A stretch of DNA of 64,000 bases from a virus (taxonomy: Duplodnaviria > Heunggongvirae > Uroviricota > Caudoviricetes). The stretch is from the IMG/VR virus record IMGVR_UViG_3300034357_000765; one strand, written 5' to 3'. The notes under the pieces were generated by a model, which saw only the letters and a list, made by a program, of their open reading frames with translations, ran no database searches and was not told the origin of the DNA. The position numbers and the translations under genes were made by a program. This document shows, piece by piece, positions 18,100 through 26,677 of the stretch; within the stretch, counting starts at the first letter, position 1, and the number at the start of each line of letters is the position of its first letter.

Positions 18100-18880
18100 A
18101 TTAGCAGAATTAAAAATAATGGCTGACTATATAAACGTCAATGCCAAAGAAAAGAAATTCAACAAGATATACGATGTAGCGAAAGGCAATATTCCTTCGG
18201 AATTTACACTTGCAGATGGAGATTTCCGTCTTGAATCTGAATCTAATGGTAAAGAATTAGTATTAAAAGTATATCATGATGTTGCATCTTTTAAGATATC
18301 CGTCTTTATGGGAATGTCAGGGAACTGGCTCTGGATACCCACCAAAGATTGGACTGATAGAAAGTTTGTCAGAATGCGAATGGATACAACCGATGGCTGG
18401 TCTTTACTTCTTTACGGCCTCTATATGGGACCAAAATACAAAGTAGGTGGATTTGCTACAAAAAGAGGTCCGGACCCAACTAAAGAGTTTGAAACCTTTA
18501 AAACCAACGTCGTAGACAATCTTCATCTGAAGCCTTTCAGTAAACCAATCTGTGAAGCTCTTTTAGAACAGAAGTACTTTAACGGGATTGGAAACTATTT
18601 GAGATCGACGATTCTTTACTATCTTGATGTTGATCCTTTTGAGGAAGCTCGCTTAGTCATAAAAAGAAATCCAGAGATACTTGACATGTGTAGAGATATT
18701 CCGATGAAAGCTTACCAACTCAATGGTGGTCAGCTACAAGATTGGAAGAATCCGTTCGATACAGACTATGAAGAGTTCCTCAAATGGGTATTCTATCAGA
18801 AAGGCTTATCATGTAGAGACAACACCGGAAGAACTTTTTGGTATAACCCTAAATGGAAACAAAATTGTCCTTATAAATAA
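18092..18880 (+). CDS. nei: Fpg/Nei DNA glycosylase (NEIL1-like, zincless finger)
   Basis: N-terminal MPELAE (catalytic Pro2/Glu3), H2TH motif FNGIGNYLRSTIL, C-terminal RDNTGRTFWY with no four-Cys finger. Confidence 0.85.
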   Translation: MPELAELKIMADYINVNAKEKKFNKIYDVAKGNIPSEFTLADGDFRLESESNGKELVLKVYHDVASFKISVFMGMSGNWLWIPTKDWTDRKFVRMRMDTTDGWSLLLYGLYMGPKYKVGGFATKRGPDPTKEFETFKTNVVDNLHLKPFSKPICEALLEQKYFNGIGNYLRSTILYYLDVDPFEEARLVIKRNPEILDMCRDIPMKAYQLNGGQLQDWKNPFDTDYEEFLKWVFYQKGLSCRDNTGRTFWYNPKWKQNCPYK

Positions 18881-19437
18881 TGTTTGAAAATAACTTCAAT
18901 ATAATAGTAGGTAGTAATGCTACGTGGAAAAGCTCTGCGTTGCATGCACTTGCTTATGATATGAAGTCTCAACTAAACATGAAAATAATATTTTTGGCAG
19001 CTACAAACGAATTTGAAGAGAAAACACACTTTCTTAATCAAAGATACGAGTTATGTCGATTTTTATCCTCTGACGACGAAAACAATATAAATACACTCAA
19101 AGTAATAGAAGAGATTTCTTTAAAAGATGGAATAGACTTTATATTCATAGACGATATTGATTATCTATATGATTATCTATTTCCAAATAACGACACCACA
19201 ACTAAGAAATATATCAACTTTTTAGATAAGATTCCGGTAAGAAAGATAGCTACATGTAGTGATAGTTCCTCTATTCCTTTATTTAATTTTTCTGAGGAAA
19301 TCACCGATTCAAAAAACTATTTTCTTCAAACTAAATATAACAAAGGACGTTCTTATGCTATAATAAACGATGTAATCGCAAACGACTTCATCAAAGCTTT
19401 CATAAGAGATGAAAAAATAAAAACACTATTAGAATGA
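18880..19437 (+). CDS. Degenerate P-loop protein with C-terminal IRDEKIKTLL tag
   Basis: IIVGSNATWKSS (Walker A-like) and FIFIDD (Walker B-like). Confidence 0.6.
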   Translation: MFENNFNIIVGSNATWKSSALHALAYDMKSQLNMKIIFLAATNEFEEKTHFLNQRYELCRFLSSDDENNINTLKVIEEISLKDGIDFIFIDDIDYLYDYLFPNNDTTTKKYINFLDKIPVRKIATCSDSSSIPLFNFSEEITDSKNYFLQTKYNKGRSYAIINDVIANDFIKAFIRDEKIKTLLE

Positions 19438-20276
19438 TAAAAGCAGACTGGTACTATATCCAAAACCTAAGAAAGATTTTAAAAGAAGGATCTTGGGATG
19501 AAAATCCTCGTCCAAAATGGGCTGACGGAACTCCGGCAAACTCAAAGTTTATAACAGGAGTATTCGAAGAATATGATATTTCAAAAGGTGAGTTTCCAAT
19601 CACTACTTTGAGAAACACCGCAATCAAAACAGGAATCAGAGAGATTCTTTGGATCTATCAAAAACAATCTAACTCTTTGGTTGAAGCTAGAGAGATGGGA
19701 ATCAACTGGTGGGATGAATGGAATGTAGGTGATGACACAATCGGTCAAAGATATGGTGCTACAGTAAAAAGATATGATTTGATGAACAAGCTTTTGAACG
19801 GATTGAAGAACGATCCATTTTCTAGAAGACACATCATCGATATGTACCAATATACTGATTTAGAAGAAACTGAAGGATTGTTTCCTTGTGCATACAAGAC
19901 TACTTGGTCTGTAAGAAAAATAGAAGGTGAATACTATTTAGATATGACTTTAGATCAGCGTTCTAATGACTATCTAATGGCAGGTTATATCAATAAGATT
20001 CAGTATGTTGCACTTCAAATGATGGTTGCACATCACGTAGGATATAAAGTAGGTAAGTTCTGTCATTTAGTTCAAAACCTACACGTTTATGATAGACACG
20101 TAGACTCAATACCAGAAATATTGGGTAGAACTAACCTTACTGATGTAAATCCTTCTATAGAGTTATTAATCATAACAACAAATCGTGACTTTTACTCTAT
20201 AACCATAGACGATTTTAAAATATCTGGGATTGAAGGAATACAAAAACTTTCGTCAAAACTAGAAATCGCTATTTAA
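19434..20276 (+). CDS. thyA: Thymidylate synthase
   Basis: TTLRNTAIKTGIREILW, LFPCAY (catalytic Cys), QRSNDY, NLHVYDRH. Confidence 0.95.
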   Translation: MIKADWYYIQNLRKILKEGSWDENPRPKWADGTPANSKFITGVFEEYDISKGEFPITTLRNTAIKTGIREILWIYQKQSNSLVEAREMGINWWDEWNVGDDTIGQRYGATVKRYDLMNKLLNGLKNDPFSRRHIIDMYQYTDLEETEGLFPCAYKTTWSVRKIEGEYYLDMTLDQRSNDYLMAGYINKIQYVALQMMVAHHVGYKVGKFCHLVQNLHVYDRHVDSIPEILGRTNLTDVNPSIELLIITTNRDFYSITIDDFKISGIEGIQKLSSKLEIAI

Positions 20277-20292
20277 AAATAATAAAAAAAAC

Positions 20293-20802
20293 ATGCCAGA
20301 AAAAGAATTTGTCTTAAACGCAGATGGACCTCAAACACTATATGAGTTTGTTCAGGAACAACTTAAAGATTTAGATACTACTGAATTGTCAGATGATGTA
20401 TCACAAGATCCAGAGGTAGAAATAACTCCAGAAAAAGTTTATTTCTGGACAAGAGTTTATATGAAAGAAGAAAATCCAAATATTGAGATAGGTGATTATA
20501 TCACTATCAAATATCTTCCTTCAGGTGAAGAATTGAAAACTCAGTTCATAACTTATGCTAAGGATGGATTAGAGAAGGATCATGACGATGAACTTACCAG
20601 CTATAATGCGGAAGATAATAAAAAGATTCTTTGTCTTATGGTTGATGAAAAAGAAATAAACGAAAGAGAAGATATTCCGTTCATTAGAACACTCTTCAAA
20701 TTAGGACATCATTATGAATATAATGTCATGAGAAGAGATGAACTTATTTTTACAAACGACAGAAATGGCGTTTTGGTAGAATGGTTTGATTGTGATTTTT
20801 AA
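20293..20802 (+). CDS. Hypothetical protein
   Basis: 169-aa acidic ORF. Confidence 0.7.
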   Translation: MPEKEFVLNADGPQTLYEFVQEQLKDLDTTELSDDVSQDPEVEITPEKVYFWTRVYMKEENPNIEIGDYITIKYLPSGEELKTQFITYAKDGLEKDHDDELTSYNAEDNKKILCLMVDEKEINEREDIPFIRTLFKLGHHYEYNVMRRDELIFTNDRNGVLVEWFDCDF

Positions 20803-20823
20803 ATCCTGTCATTTTTTGTAGAG

Positions 20824-20849
20824 AGGTCCGCTATTAAGCGGACTTTTTT
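20824..20849 (+). terminator. Intrinsic terminator
   Basis: GTCCGCT-ATTA-AGCGGAC followed by a T-run. Confidence 0.8.
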
Positions 20850-20909
20850 GTTTTTATACTAAACCATGTTGAATATCATGACTATAACCTAAACAATAGA
20901 AAAGAAAAT

Positions 20910-22436
20910 ATGTTAATTGAAACTCAATTTTTAAGTCACACCAAAAAGCTAGTATGTAGCTACGTCGACAAGACCGGTGATATCAAACTAAAATACTACG
21001 ACTGGGATAACCCAATGAAGTACGTTTCCTGTGAAGACGACGACCCTCAAAGACATCCAACATTTAAGTCTTGGGACGGAAAGTGTGTTAAGCACGTTGA
21101 GGTAAGTCATCCAGACAGATATGCAATCTATGAGTTTATGGATGCTTTACCAGAATCAGAAAAAGAAGAACTATTCGAATATAACCTTCCTAAGATATAC
21201 TTTATAGATATCGAGACCGAGATTGTAGACGGATTCCCTGAAGCTGCCGATATCAAAGATTTAGAAGGAAACGTAACAAAAGAAGGTGCTTCAACACAAG
21301 TTCTTTCTATCTCTATCGTTTATGATGATAAGATTATACTTCTTGGTCTGAAAGACATGCCTGATGATATGCAGGAAAGAATTTTGAATAACACCAACAA
21401 ATATTTTGAGAAGTTTGGTACAGAGTATAAATTCAAATATGTCAAATATGAAGACGAATTTGATATGCTTTATGCTTTCTTTCACAAAATGGTTCCAAAG
21501 ATGCCTGTTCTTACAGGATGGAACTTCTTACAATATGACTGGTTGTTCTTAGTGAACAGATCTAGAAAGCTTTCTAAATGGATGAATGGTAAAGAGTACA
21601 AGATAAACCCTGCAGAATCTTCACCTGTAAAGAAAATCAATAAGATGTGGGGTACAGAATATGAAGTTCCTGCACATAGGATGATTTTTGACTACATGCA
21701 GCTGTATGAAATCTGTGATACTTCTATTAAAGTAAAAGAGTCATCATCTTTAGACTTTGTTTCTAGTAAGTTAGTTGGAGTTGATAAGATTAAGTACAAT
21801 GGTTCTTTACAAAAGCTTTATGAAGATGACTTTGAGACTTTTATGTATTATAACGCGGTCGATAGTGTTTTGGTTCAAAAGATTCACGATGCAAGAAACT
21901 ACATATCAATCATTTATGCGATTTCATCGTTAGCAAGGATTAGAATTGTCGACGTAGTTTCACAGATGAACAACGCCTTAGGATCTTTGGCTATTACAGA
22001 AGGAGTTTTAAGAAATCGATTCAGAGAGCAAGACAACATCGTACTCTTTAAAGAAGATAGAGGTGATGCTGAGTCTACTATTGCTGGTGGATGGGTAAAA
22101 GACCCTGTAGTTGGAATGAACAGATGGTGCGTGACATACGATTTTGCCTCACTTTATCCTACAACACAAAGACAATTCTTTATTGCACCGGAAAACTTCA
22201 TTGGAATACAGAATCCAAACAACAAATCACAATGTGATAATGGTAGGCCAATCGATTTGGATAAACATGTTTTATGTGTGAATGGTGCAGTATTCGAAAA
22301 AAGACTTTCTCCAACACTGAGAATGCTTGAAGATGTCTACGCAGATAGAAAGAAAGCCAAGAAGGTGATGATGGACAAAAAAGAAGAATATAAGGACATA
22401 CAAAACCAGATTGAGAAGCTTGAAGCAGAACTTTAG
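20910..22436 (+). CDS. Family B DNA polymerase, N-terminal subunit (3'-5' exonuclease + motif A); split polymerase
   Basis: FIDIETE (ExoI), GWNFLQYDWLFL (ExoII), YYNAVDS-like ExoIII, YDFASLYP (motif A). Ends in the fingers helix (YADRKKAK); no KxxxNSxYG or YGDTDS. Confidence 0.85.
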   Translation: MLIETQFLSHTKKLVCSYVDKTGDIKLKYYDWDNPMKYVSCEDDDPQRHPTFKSWDGKCVKHVEVSHPDRYAIYEFMDALPESEKEELFEYNLPKIYFIDIETEIVDGFPEAADIKDLEGNVTKEGASTQVLSISIVYDDKIILLGLKDMPDDMQERILNNTNKYFEKFGTEYKFKYVKYEDEFDMLYAFFHKMVPKMPVLTGWNFLQYDWLFLVNRSRKLSKWMNGKEYKINPAESSPVKKINKMWGTEYEVPAHRMIFDYMQLYEICDTSIKVKESSSLDFVSSKLVGVDKIKYNGSLQKLYEDDFETFMYYNAVDSVLVQKIHDARNYISIIYAISSLARIRIVDVVSQMNNALGSLAITEGVLRNRFREQDNIVLFKEDRGDAESTIAGGWVKDPVVGMNRWCVTYDFASLYPTTQRQFFIAPENFIGIQNPNNKSQCDNGRPIDLDKHVLCVNGAVFEKRLSPTLRMLEDVYADRKKAKKVMMDKKEEYKDIQNQIEKLEAEL

Positions 22437-22438
22437 AG

Positions 22439-22466
22439 AAAAAGACACCATATGGTGTCTTTTTTT
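22439..22466 (+). terminator. Intrinsic terminator directly after the polymerase fragment
   Basis: AAAAAGACACCAT-ATGGTGTCTTTTTT palindrome. Confidence 0.85.
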
Positions 22467-22505
22467 GTTAAAACTCAAAAAATGCGTTTTTTATTTTAAT
22501 ATATA

Positions 22506-24269
22506 ATGTATTATAAAAATAAAAAAACATGTATGAGAGTTAATAATTTTTCAAATTACACAAAAATGTACGAATCCAGACTTCAGGAATGCGACTTTTT
22601 TAGAGAGCAGAATATTACAGCAGACGATATCATCACTCCTTTAGAGGATTTAGTAAATGAAGAATTTCTAGATTATTTCATGAACGAAAATTGGGCTAGT
22701 GATTTATGGGCAGGAACTAAAAAGGTTGCTGGACAAGTATGGGACGGAACTAAAAAAGTTTTTAATACGGTTAAAGATGCAATAGCTGCCTTTTTCGGTA
22801 AGATTGTAGACTTCTTTAAAAACTTTTCTTTATCAAAACTGATTAGTGGTATTTGGGAGAAAATCAAATCGATTGGTTCTGCAATGTGGAACAAAATCAA
22901 AGAAGCACTTGGATCACTTAAAGAGTTCATCGTTGGAAACGATATGGTGGATGAAAACAACAAGCCAAAATTTGGAAATATCTGGTCTACTTTATGTCAA
23001 AAAGGAAAAGATTTGGTAGGTTGGGAAAAAGAAGGAGTTACTCCTGAACAGCTTGCACAAGCAGGAGAAAAAATAAAAATAAACGAATCTGATGCACACT
23101 CTATTGGTGATGATGAAGTTAAGTATTATGGAATGTTTGAAAAAATAGCACATGCTTTGGGTGTCAAAAACGCTAGATTCAATGGTGTTGTTTCTCAGAT
23201 TATGAAAAAGGGTACTTATGGTCTTATAATCATGGGTATATTAAAATTTGCTGGTCTTAGTTTAGGTGCATTAACATTAGGAATGAGTCCTATAGCAATG
23301 GCTGCTATTGGTGGTATGTTGTTGATGGCTGGGTTGATTATATTAGCAATCTGGGTTTGTAAACCTTATCCTACCGTAGATGATTGTTTGGCATATCTTC
23401 ATATCGCGTTTGGTGGTAACTGTGCAGTTGTTAATGTTCCTAACATTTTTGTACAAAATATTAACTATTACTATATCAACAATACTACTATAACAAATAC
23501 AAGTATCGCAAATACAAGTATTAGTAACACTAGCAACACGAACAACACAAGTTTAAGCAATACAAACGTGAACAACACGAATGTGAACAACACAAACGTG
23601 AACAACACAAGTGCGAACAACACAAACGTGAACAACACGAATGTGAACAACACAAACGTGAACAACACAAGCTCGACGAGTTATAGTAACTCTAGTATGA
23701 GAGTTTCTAAATCTGAGTTGAGAGTTGGTCAAGAGTATATCTATACTAGTAAAAAAGGTCAAAAAATAGTTAAGGTAGTTTCATTGACTAACGATGTTCT
23801 ATCTGGAAAAGATAAAAAATGGCTTACAGGTGATGACCAAAGTAGAGAAAAACTTAAAGACGGATATGTAGACGTTATCTATCAAGATAAAGACGGTGAA
23901 TACACAACTACAACTAACTTTGTTCCGATTCTTATATCAAAACTTACACCTTTAAATGCAGATTTACAAGTTGGTCAAGAATACATCTATAAAAACAGAG
24001 AAGGAAAAGAAAGAGTAGTTAAGGTAGTTTCTTTAACACATGATACTTTATCTGGAAAAGACAAAAAATGGCTTACAGGTGATGACAAAAAAAGAGAAGA
24101 ACTGAAAGACGAATATGTTGACGTTATTTATCAAGATAAAAACGGTGAATACACAACTTCAACTAACTTCCAACCAATTCTTAAATCTAGACTTACACCA
24201 TTAAAAGAGAAAAGCTATAAAGAAAGCTTAAGATATATTTCTTCTTTTGAAAAATATAATAACAAATAA
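22506..24269 (+). CDS. Membrane-associated protein with Asn/Thr-rich repeat and two C-terminal ~82-aa repeats
   Basis: Hydrophobic segments GLIIMGILKFAGLSLG and IGGMLLMAGLIILAIWV; NNTNV repeats; duplicated VGQEYIY...KLTPL units. Possible start at 22533. Confidence 0.8.
   Translation: MYYKNKKTCMRVNNFSNYTKMYESRLQECDFFREQNITADDIITPLEDLVNEEFLDYFMNENWASDLWAGTKKVAGQVWDGTKKVFNTVKDAIAAFFGKIVDFFKNFSLSKLISGIWEKIKSIGSAMWNKIKEALGSLKEFIVGNDMVDENNKPKFGNIWSTLCQKGKDLVGWEKEGVTPEQLAQAGEKIKINESDAHSIGDDEVKYYGMFEKIAHALGVKNARFNGVVSQIMKKGTYGLIIMGILKFAGLSLGALTLGMSPIAMAAIGGMLLMAGLIILAIWVCKPYPTVDDCLAYLHIAFGGNCAVVNVPNIFVQNINYYYINNTTITNTSIANTSISNTSNTNNTSLSNTNVNNTNVNNTNVNNTSANNTNVNNTNVNNTNVNNTSSTSYSNSSMRVSKSELRVGQEYIYTSKKGQKIVKVVSLTNDVLSGKDKKWLTGDDQSREKLKDGYVDVIYQDKDGEYTTTTNFVPILISKLTPLNADLQVGQEYIYKNREGKERVVKVVSLTHDTLSGKDKKWLTGDDKKREELKDEYVDVIYQDKNGEYTTSTNFQPILKSRLTPLKEKSYKESLRYISSFEKYNNK
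23562..23671 (+). repeat. Intragenic 15-nt tandem repeat with 60-nt higher-order period (NNTNV)
   Basis: Repeated aacaacacaaacgtg / aacaacacgaatgtg units. Confidence 0.9.
23718..24203 (+). repeat. Intragenic domain duplication (about 246-nt period)
   Basis: gttggtcaaga at 23724 and 23970; near-identical SGKDKKWLTGDD and YVDVIYQDK segments. Confidence 0.9.
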
Positions 24270-24278
24270 ACCAAAGAT

Positions 24279-24965
24279 ATGAGTAGAATAGAAAATTTCA
24301 AAAACTTCGCTAATGAAGGACTAGCTTCGACTGGTTCTAAAATGAGAAGAATCGTTACTGGGCAATCTGCTGGGGACGAAATACAAAAGCTGTCTATTGA
24401 ACAGCAAAACCGACTGCTTGATTTGTATCGTAAAGATCCAACGGAGGCTGCAAAATATTTGAGAAGTATAATCATCAAAGAGAAAAACTCTCAGTTTGGA
24501 TTGGGATTAGCCTTAGTATTGGCTGGTGCCGGAATGATATACAAAGCTAATCATGTTGATCCGCCACCAAAACCAGGACCAGATGGTCATTGGGAAGATG
24601 GAGGAACCGGTTACACATACATTCTTAACGACAAAACAGGATCTCATCTTACACCAGATTCTCCTCCAGAAGACGTTATAGAAGCTATTAAAAATTGGCC
24701 AGGTGCTAATGGCGACTTTCATAAAGGATTAGATTTTATGACAAGAGGAGTTTCGGGTGCAGCCCGCGACGAGGCCATAAATGTTTTTAATAATCTATAT
24801 TCAAATCCTCATGAATATGGTGATACACTAGGTGAAATATTTCAAGGAAGTATGTCAGGAACTGGTAAAACCGCTGGTGACTTATTGGATTTTGCACCTG
24901 GAACAAAAGTTTGGATTCCTGATGCACCCACTCCATTTATAGTACCGCCACCTGGTGTAAAGTAA
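24279..24965 (+). CDS. Candidate head-internal protein with one transmembrane segment
   Basis: MSRIENFKNFANE; FGLGLALVLAGAGMIYK. Confidence 0.7.
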   Translation: MSRIENFKNFANEGLASTGSKMRRIVTGQSAGDEIQKLSIEQQNRLLDLYRKDPTEAAKYLRSIIIKEKNSQFGLGLALVLAGAGMIYKANHVDPPPKPGPDGHWEDGGTGYTYILNDKTGSHLTPDSPPEDVIEAIKNWPGANGDFHKGLDFMTRGVSGAARDEAINVFNNLYSNPHEYGDTLGEIFQGSMSGTGKTAGDLLDFAPGTKVWIPDAPTPFIVPPPGVK

Positions 24966-25002
24966 ATAAACCATATGGTGAAGGAATCTTGGTTTCTATG
25001 GA
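24957..25002 (+). pseudogene. 46-bp remnant copy of the 5' part of the 17845 gene
   Basis: 43/46 identical to 17861-17906; reads KVNKPYGEGILVSME with no start codon. Confidence 0.65.
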
Positions 25003-25034
25003 ATACTTGGAAAATAAAATTTAATTAAAAATAT

Positions 25035-25066
25035 AAAGCTTCTATTTTAAATAGAAGCTTTTTTTT
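25035..25066 (+). terminator. Intrinsic terminator
   Basis: AAAGCTTCTATTT-T-AAATAGAAGCTTT followed by a T-run. Confidence 0.8.
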
Positions 25067-25069
25067 GTT

Positions 25070-25077
25070 TATATTTG
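25070..25077 (+). promoter_or_regulatory. Bacteroidota sigma70 -7 promoter element
   Basis: TATATTTG upstream of ATG 25096. Confidence 0.55.
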
Positions 25078-25095
25078 TGTAAACAAAAAAGCTCT

Positions 25096-25716
25096 ATGAA
25101 AAACATACTAGTACTTCTTGCCGTAATATTCTCATCTTACATACTATTTTTTGATGATTCTTTACCTTCTAAAGAAAATGTTGAAAACAATGAAAATAAT
25201 GAAATCGTATCCGATAATTCTGATGTAAAAGTCTATATAAGAGGATTGGACAATTTCAATAAAGAAGATTTGAATATTGTAAAGACTATCATCGAAAATA
25301 AATATGGTGTCATATGTAAAATCGAATCTCCTATAACTACATCTTATCAAAACGATGATAATAAAGATTGTGATCTTCTCCAAAATGAATTTGGACTGAC
25401 AAGATCATTCGTATATGATGAAAGTGAGTCAATAACTATTTATGTCACAAATTCTAAAATAAGTACAAATGGAAATATTAAAACAGGTCTTTGTTATGGT
25501 AATAGTATCTATATACCACATCCTATTGATTCACCATCATTTTTAGAAAAATCTTACATCGAAATGATTGCGATACATGAGCTTTCACATTCTTTCGGTA
25601 TGGATCACTGCGATGAATATAAATGTATTATGAATGGATATTTCGATGAAAAGGGAAATCTACCATTCTGTGAAAAACATATGGAAGAAGCTTTAGCTGC
25701 AGGATTCAGACCTTAA
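25096..25716 (+). CDS. Membrane-anchored/secreted zinc metalloprotease (archaemetzincin-like)
   Basis: HELSHSFGMDHC..CIMN (HExxHxxGxxH + Met-turn); N-terminal hydrophobic signal. Confidence 0.8.
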   Translation: MKNILVLLAVIFSSYILFFDDSLPSKENVENNENNEIVSDNSDVKVYIRGLDNFNKEDLNIVKTIIENKYGVICKIESPITTSYQNDDNKDCDLLQNEFGLTRSFVYDESESITIYVTNSKISTNGNIKTGLCYGNSIYIPHPIDSPSFLEKSYIEMIAIHELSHSFGMDHCDEYKCIMNGYFDEKGNLPFCEKHMEEALAAGFRP

Positions 25717-26384
25717 GCTTTGTTTTGATACTTTATTGCGGTATAGTCAAAGTCTGGTAAAACTTCTTTTACCACTTTACTTGCCGCTTTTATGTATTTT
25801 TGATTGTCGTCGTAGAAAACAACCTTTTTGAATCCTGTCTTTTCGATAAGCTCGACTATCTTATTTCCTTTCCAAGTACCTGCTCTATAATGATTTAAGT
25901 GAGGATACATATGAACTCCGTATTTTGGATAGTTTAATCCAAGTTCTCCAAGTGACCTTTCAACCTTTTCTCTCATTTGAATCGGCCTCGCGGTTACTAT
26001 ACATTTGTTTTGTACAGAGTTGTAGAATGATTTTAGATCTGTAGTCATTGTAGGAAGAGACATGTCACTTAAACCAAATTCGTCTGGTTGAAGAAGATAA
26101 ACTCTAGCACCTTTTCTTACCCAGTTTTTGTCATTATTCTGTACCGATATTTTGGCATTTGGGTCCTCGACGTATATTCTACCATCCTGCCATTTTAAAT
26201 CTGATAGAGATATTCCTATTGTTTTTATAGACATGTTGAGTAACGATTCAATCGTCACGTTTTCTTTCAAAAAGTCTATAGCCAGCTCCTCAAAGTCTGG
26301 TGTCACCACTAAAGTATCGTCATAGTCAAACACGTAAAGAGTGTCTTCGTTAGAAAAACTTTCAAATTTTTTAATCCTCGTCAT
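25713..26384 (-). CDS. HAD-superfamily phosphatase with capsid-targeting-like N-terminus
   Basis: VFDYDDTL (DxD), IVTAR, K, FYDD motifs; starts MTRIKKFESFSNE. Confidence 0.8.
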   Translation of the reverse strand: MTRIKKFESFSNEDTLYVFDYDDTLVVTPDFEELAIDFLKENVTIESLLNMSIKTIGISLSDLKWQDGRIYVEDPNAKISVQNNDKNWVRKGARVYLLQPDEFGLSDMSLPTMTTDLKSFYNSVQNKCIVTARPIQMREKVERSLGELGLNYPKYGVHMYPHLNHYRAGTWKGNKIVELIEKTGFKKVVFYDDNQKYIKAASKVVKEVLPDFDYTAIKYQNKA

Positions 26385-26556
26385 AAAAAAATATATCGTC
26401 TATAATGTGTTTAAAGTCTATTCCAAAGTAGCTTAAACATTTACTATATATTTCTTCTTTAATTTCGATTCCTTCGTTTATTAGGCTTTCGATGTAGTTT
26501 TCGACGTCGGTTGGCGTCGTGTAGATGTTGAATTCGTCGTAGTCGAGGATGTGCAT
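26371..26556 (-). CDS. Small acidic protein
   Basis: 61 aa, starts MHILDYDEFN; TATATT motif upstream on the minus strand. Confidence 0.55.
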   Translation of the reverse strand: MHILDYDEFNIYTTPTDVENYIESLINEGIEIKEEIYSKCLSYFGIDFKHIIDDIFFYDED

Positions 26557-26677
26557 TGGGTCCGGCAGTTATTTTTCTTTATATATTAAGGAAAAAACAT
26601 AAAAAACCCCACTTTTTAAACTATTTTAAACTATTTCTGATTATTTGATATAAATTTTACAAAAACTTTCATATTAT

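Noticed and set aside
22434-22520. Stop-codon (TAG) recoding that would extend the polymerase
   Set aside because: Read-through gives only a short non-polymerase peptide through a terminator. TAG, TGA and TAA all end genes normally elsewhere, so there is no alternative genetic code.
23471-23762. Minus-strand repetitive ORFs (VLFTF / VVHVC)
   Set aside because: Antisense shadows of the NNTNV repeat.
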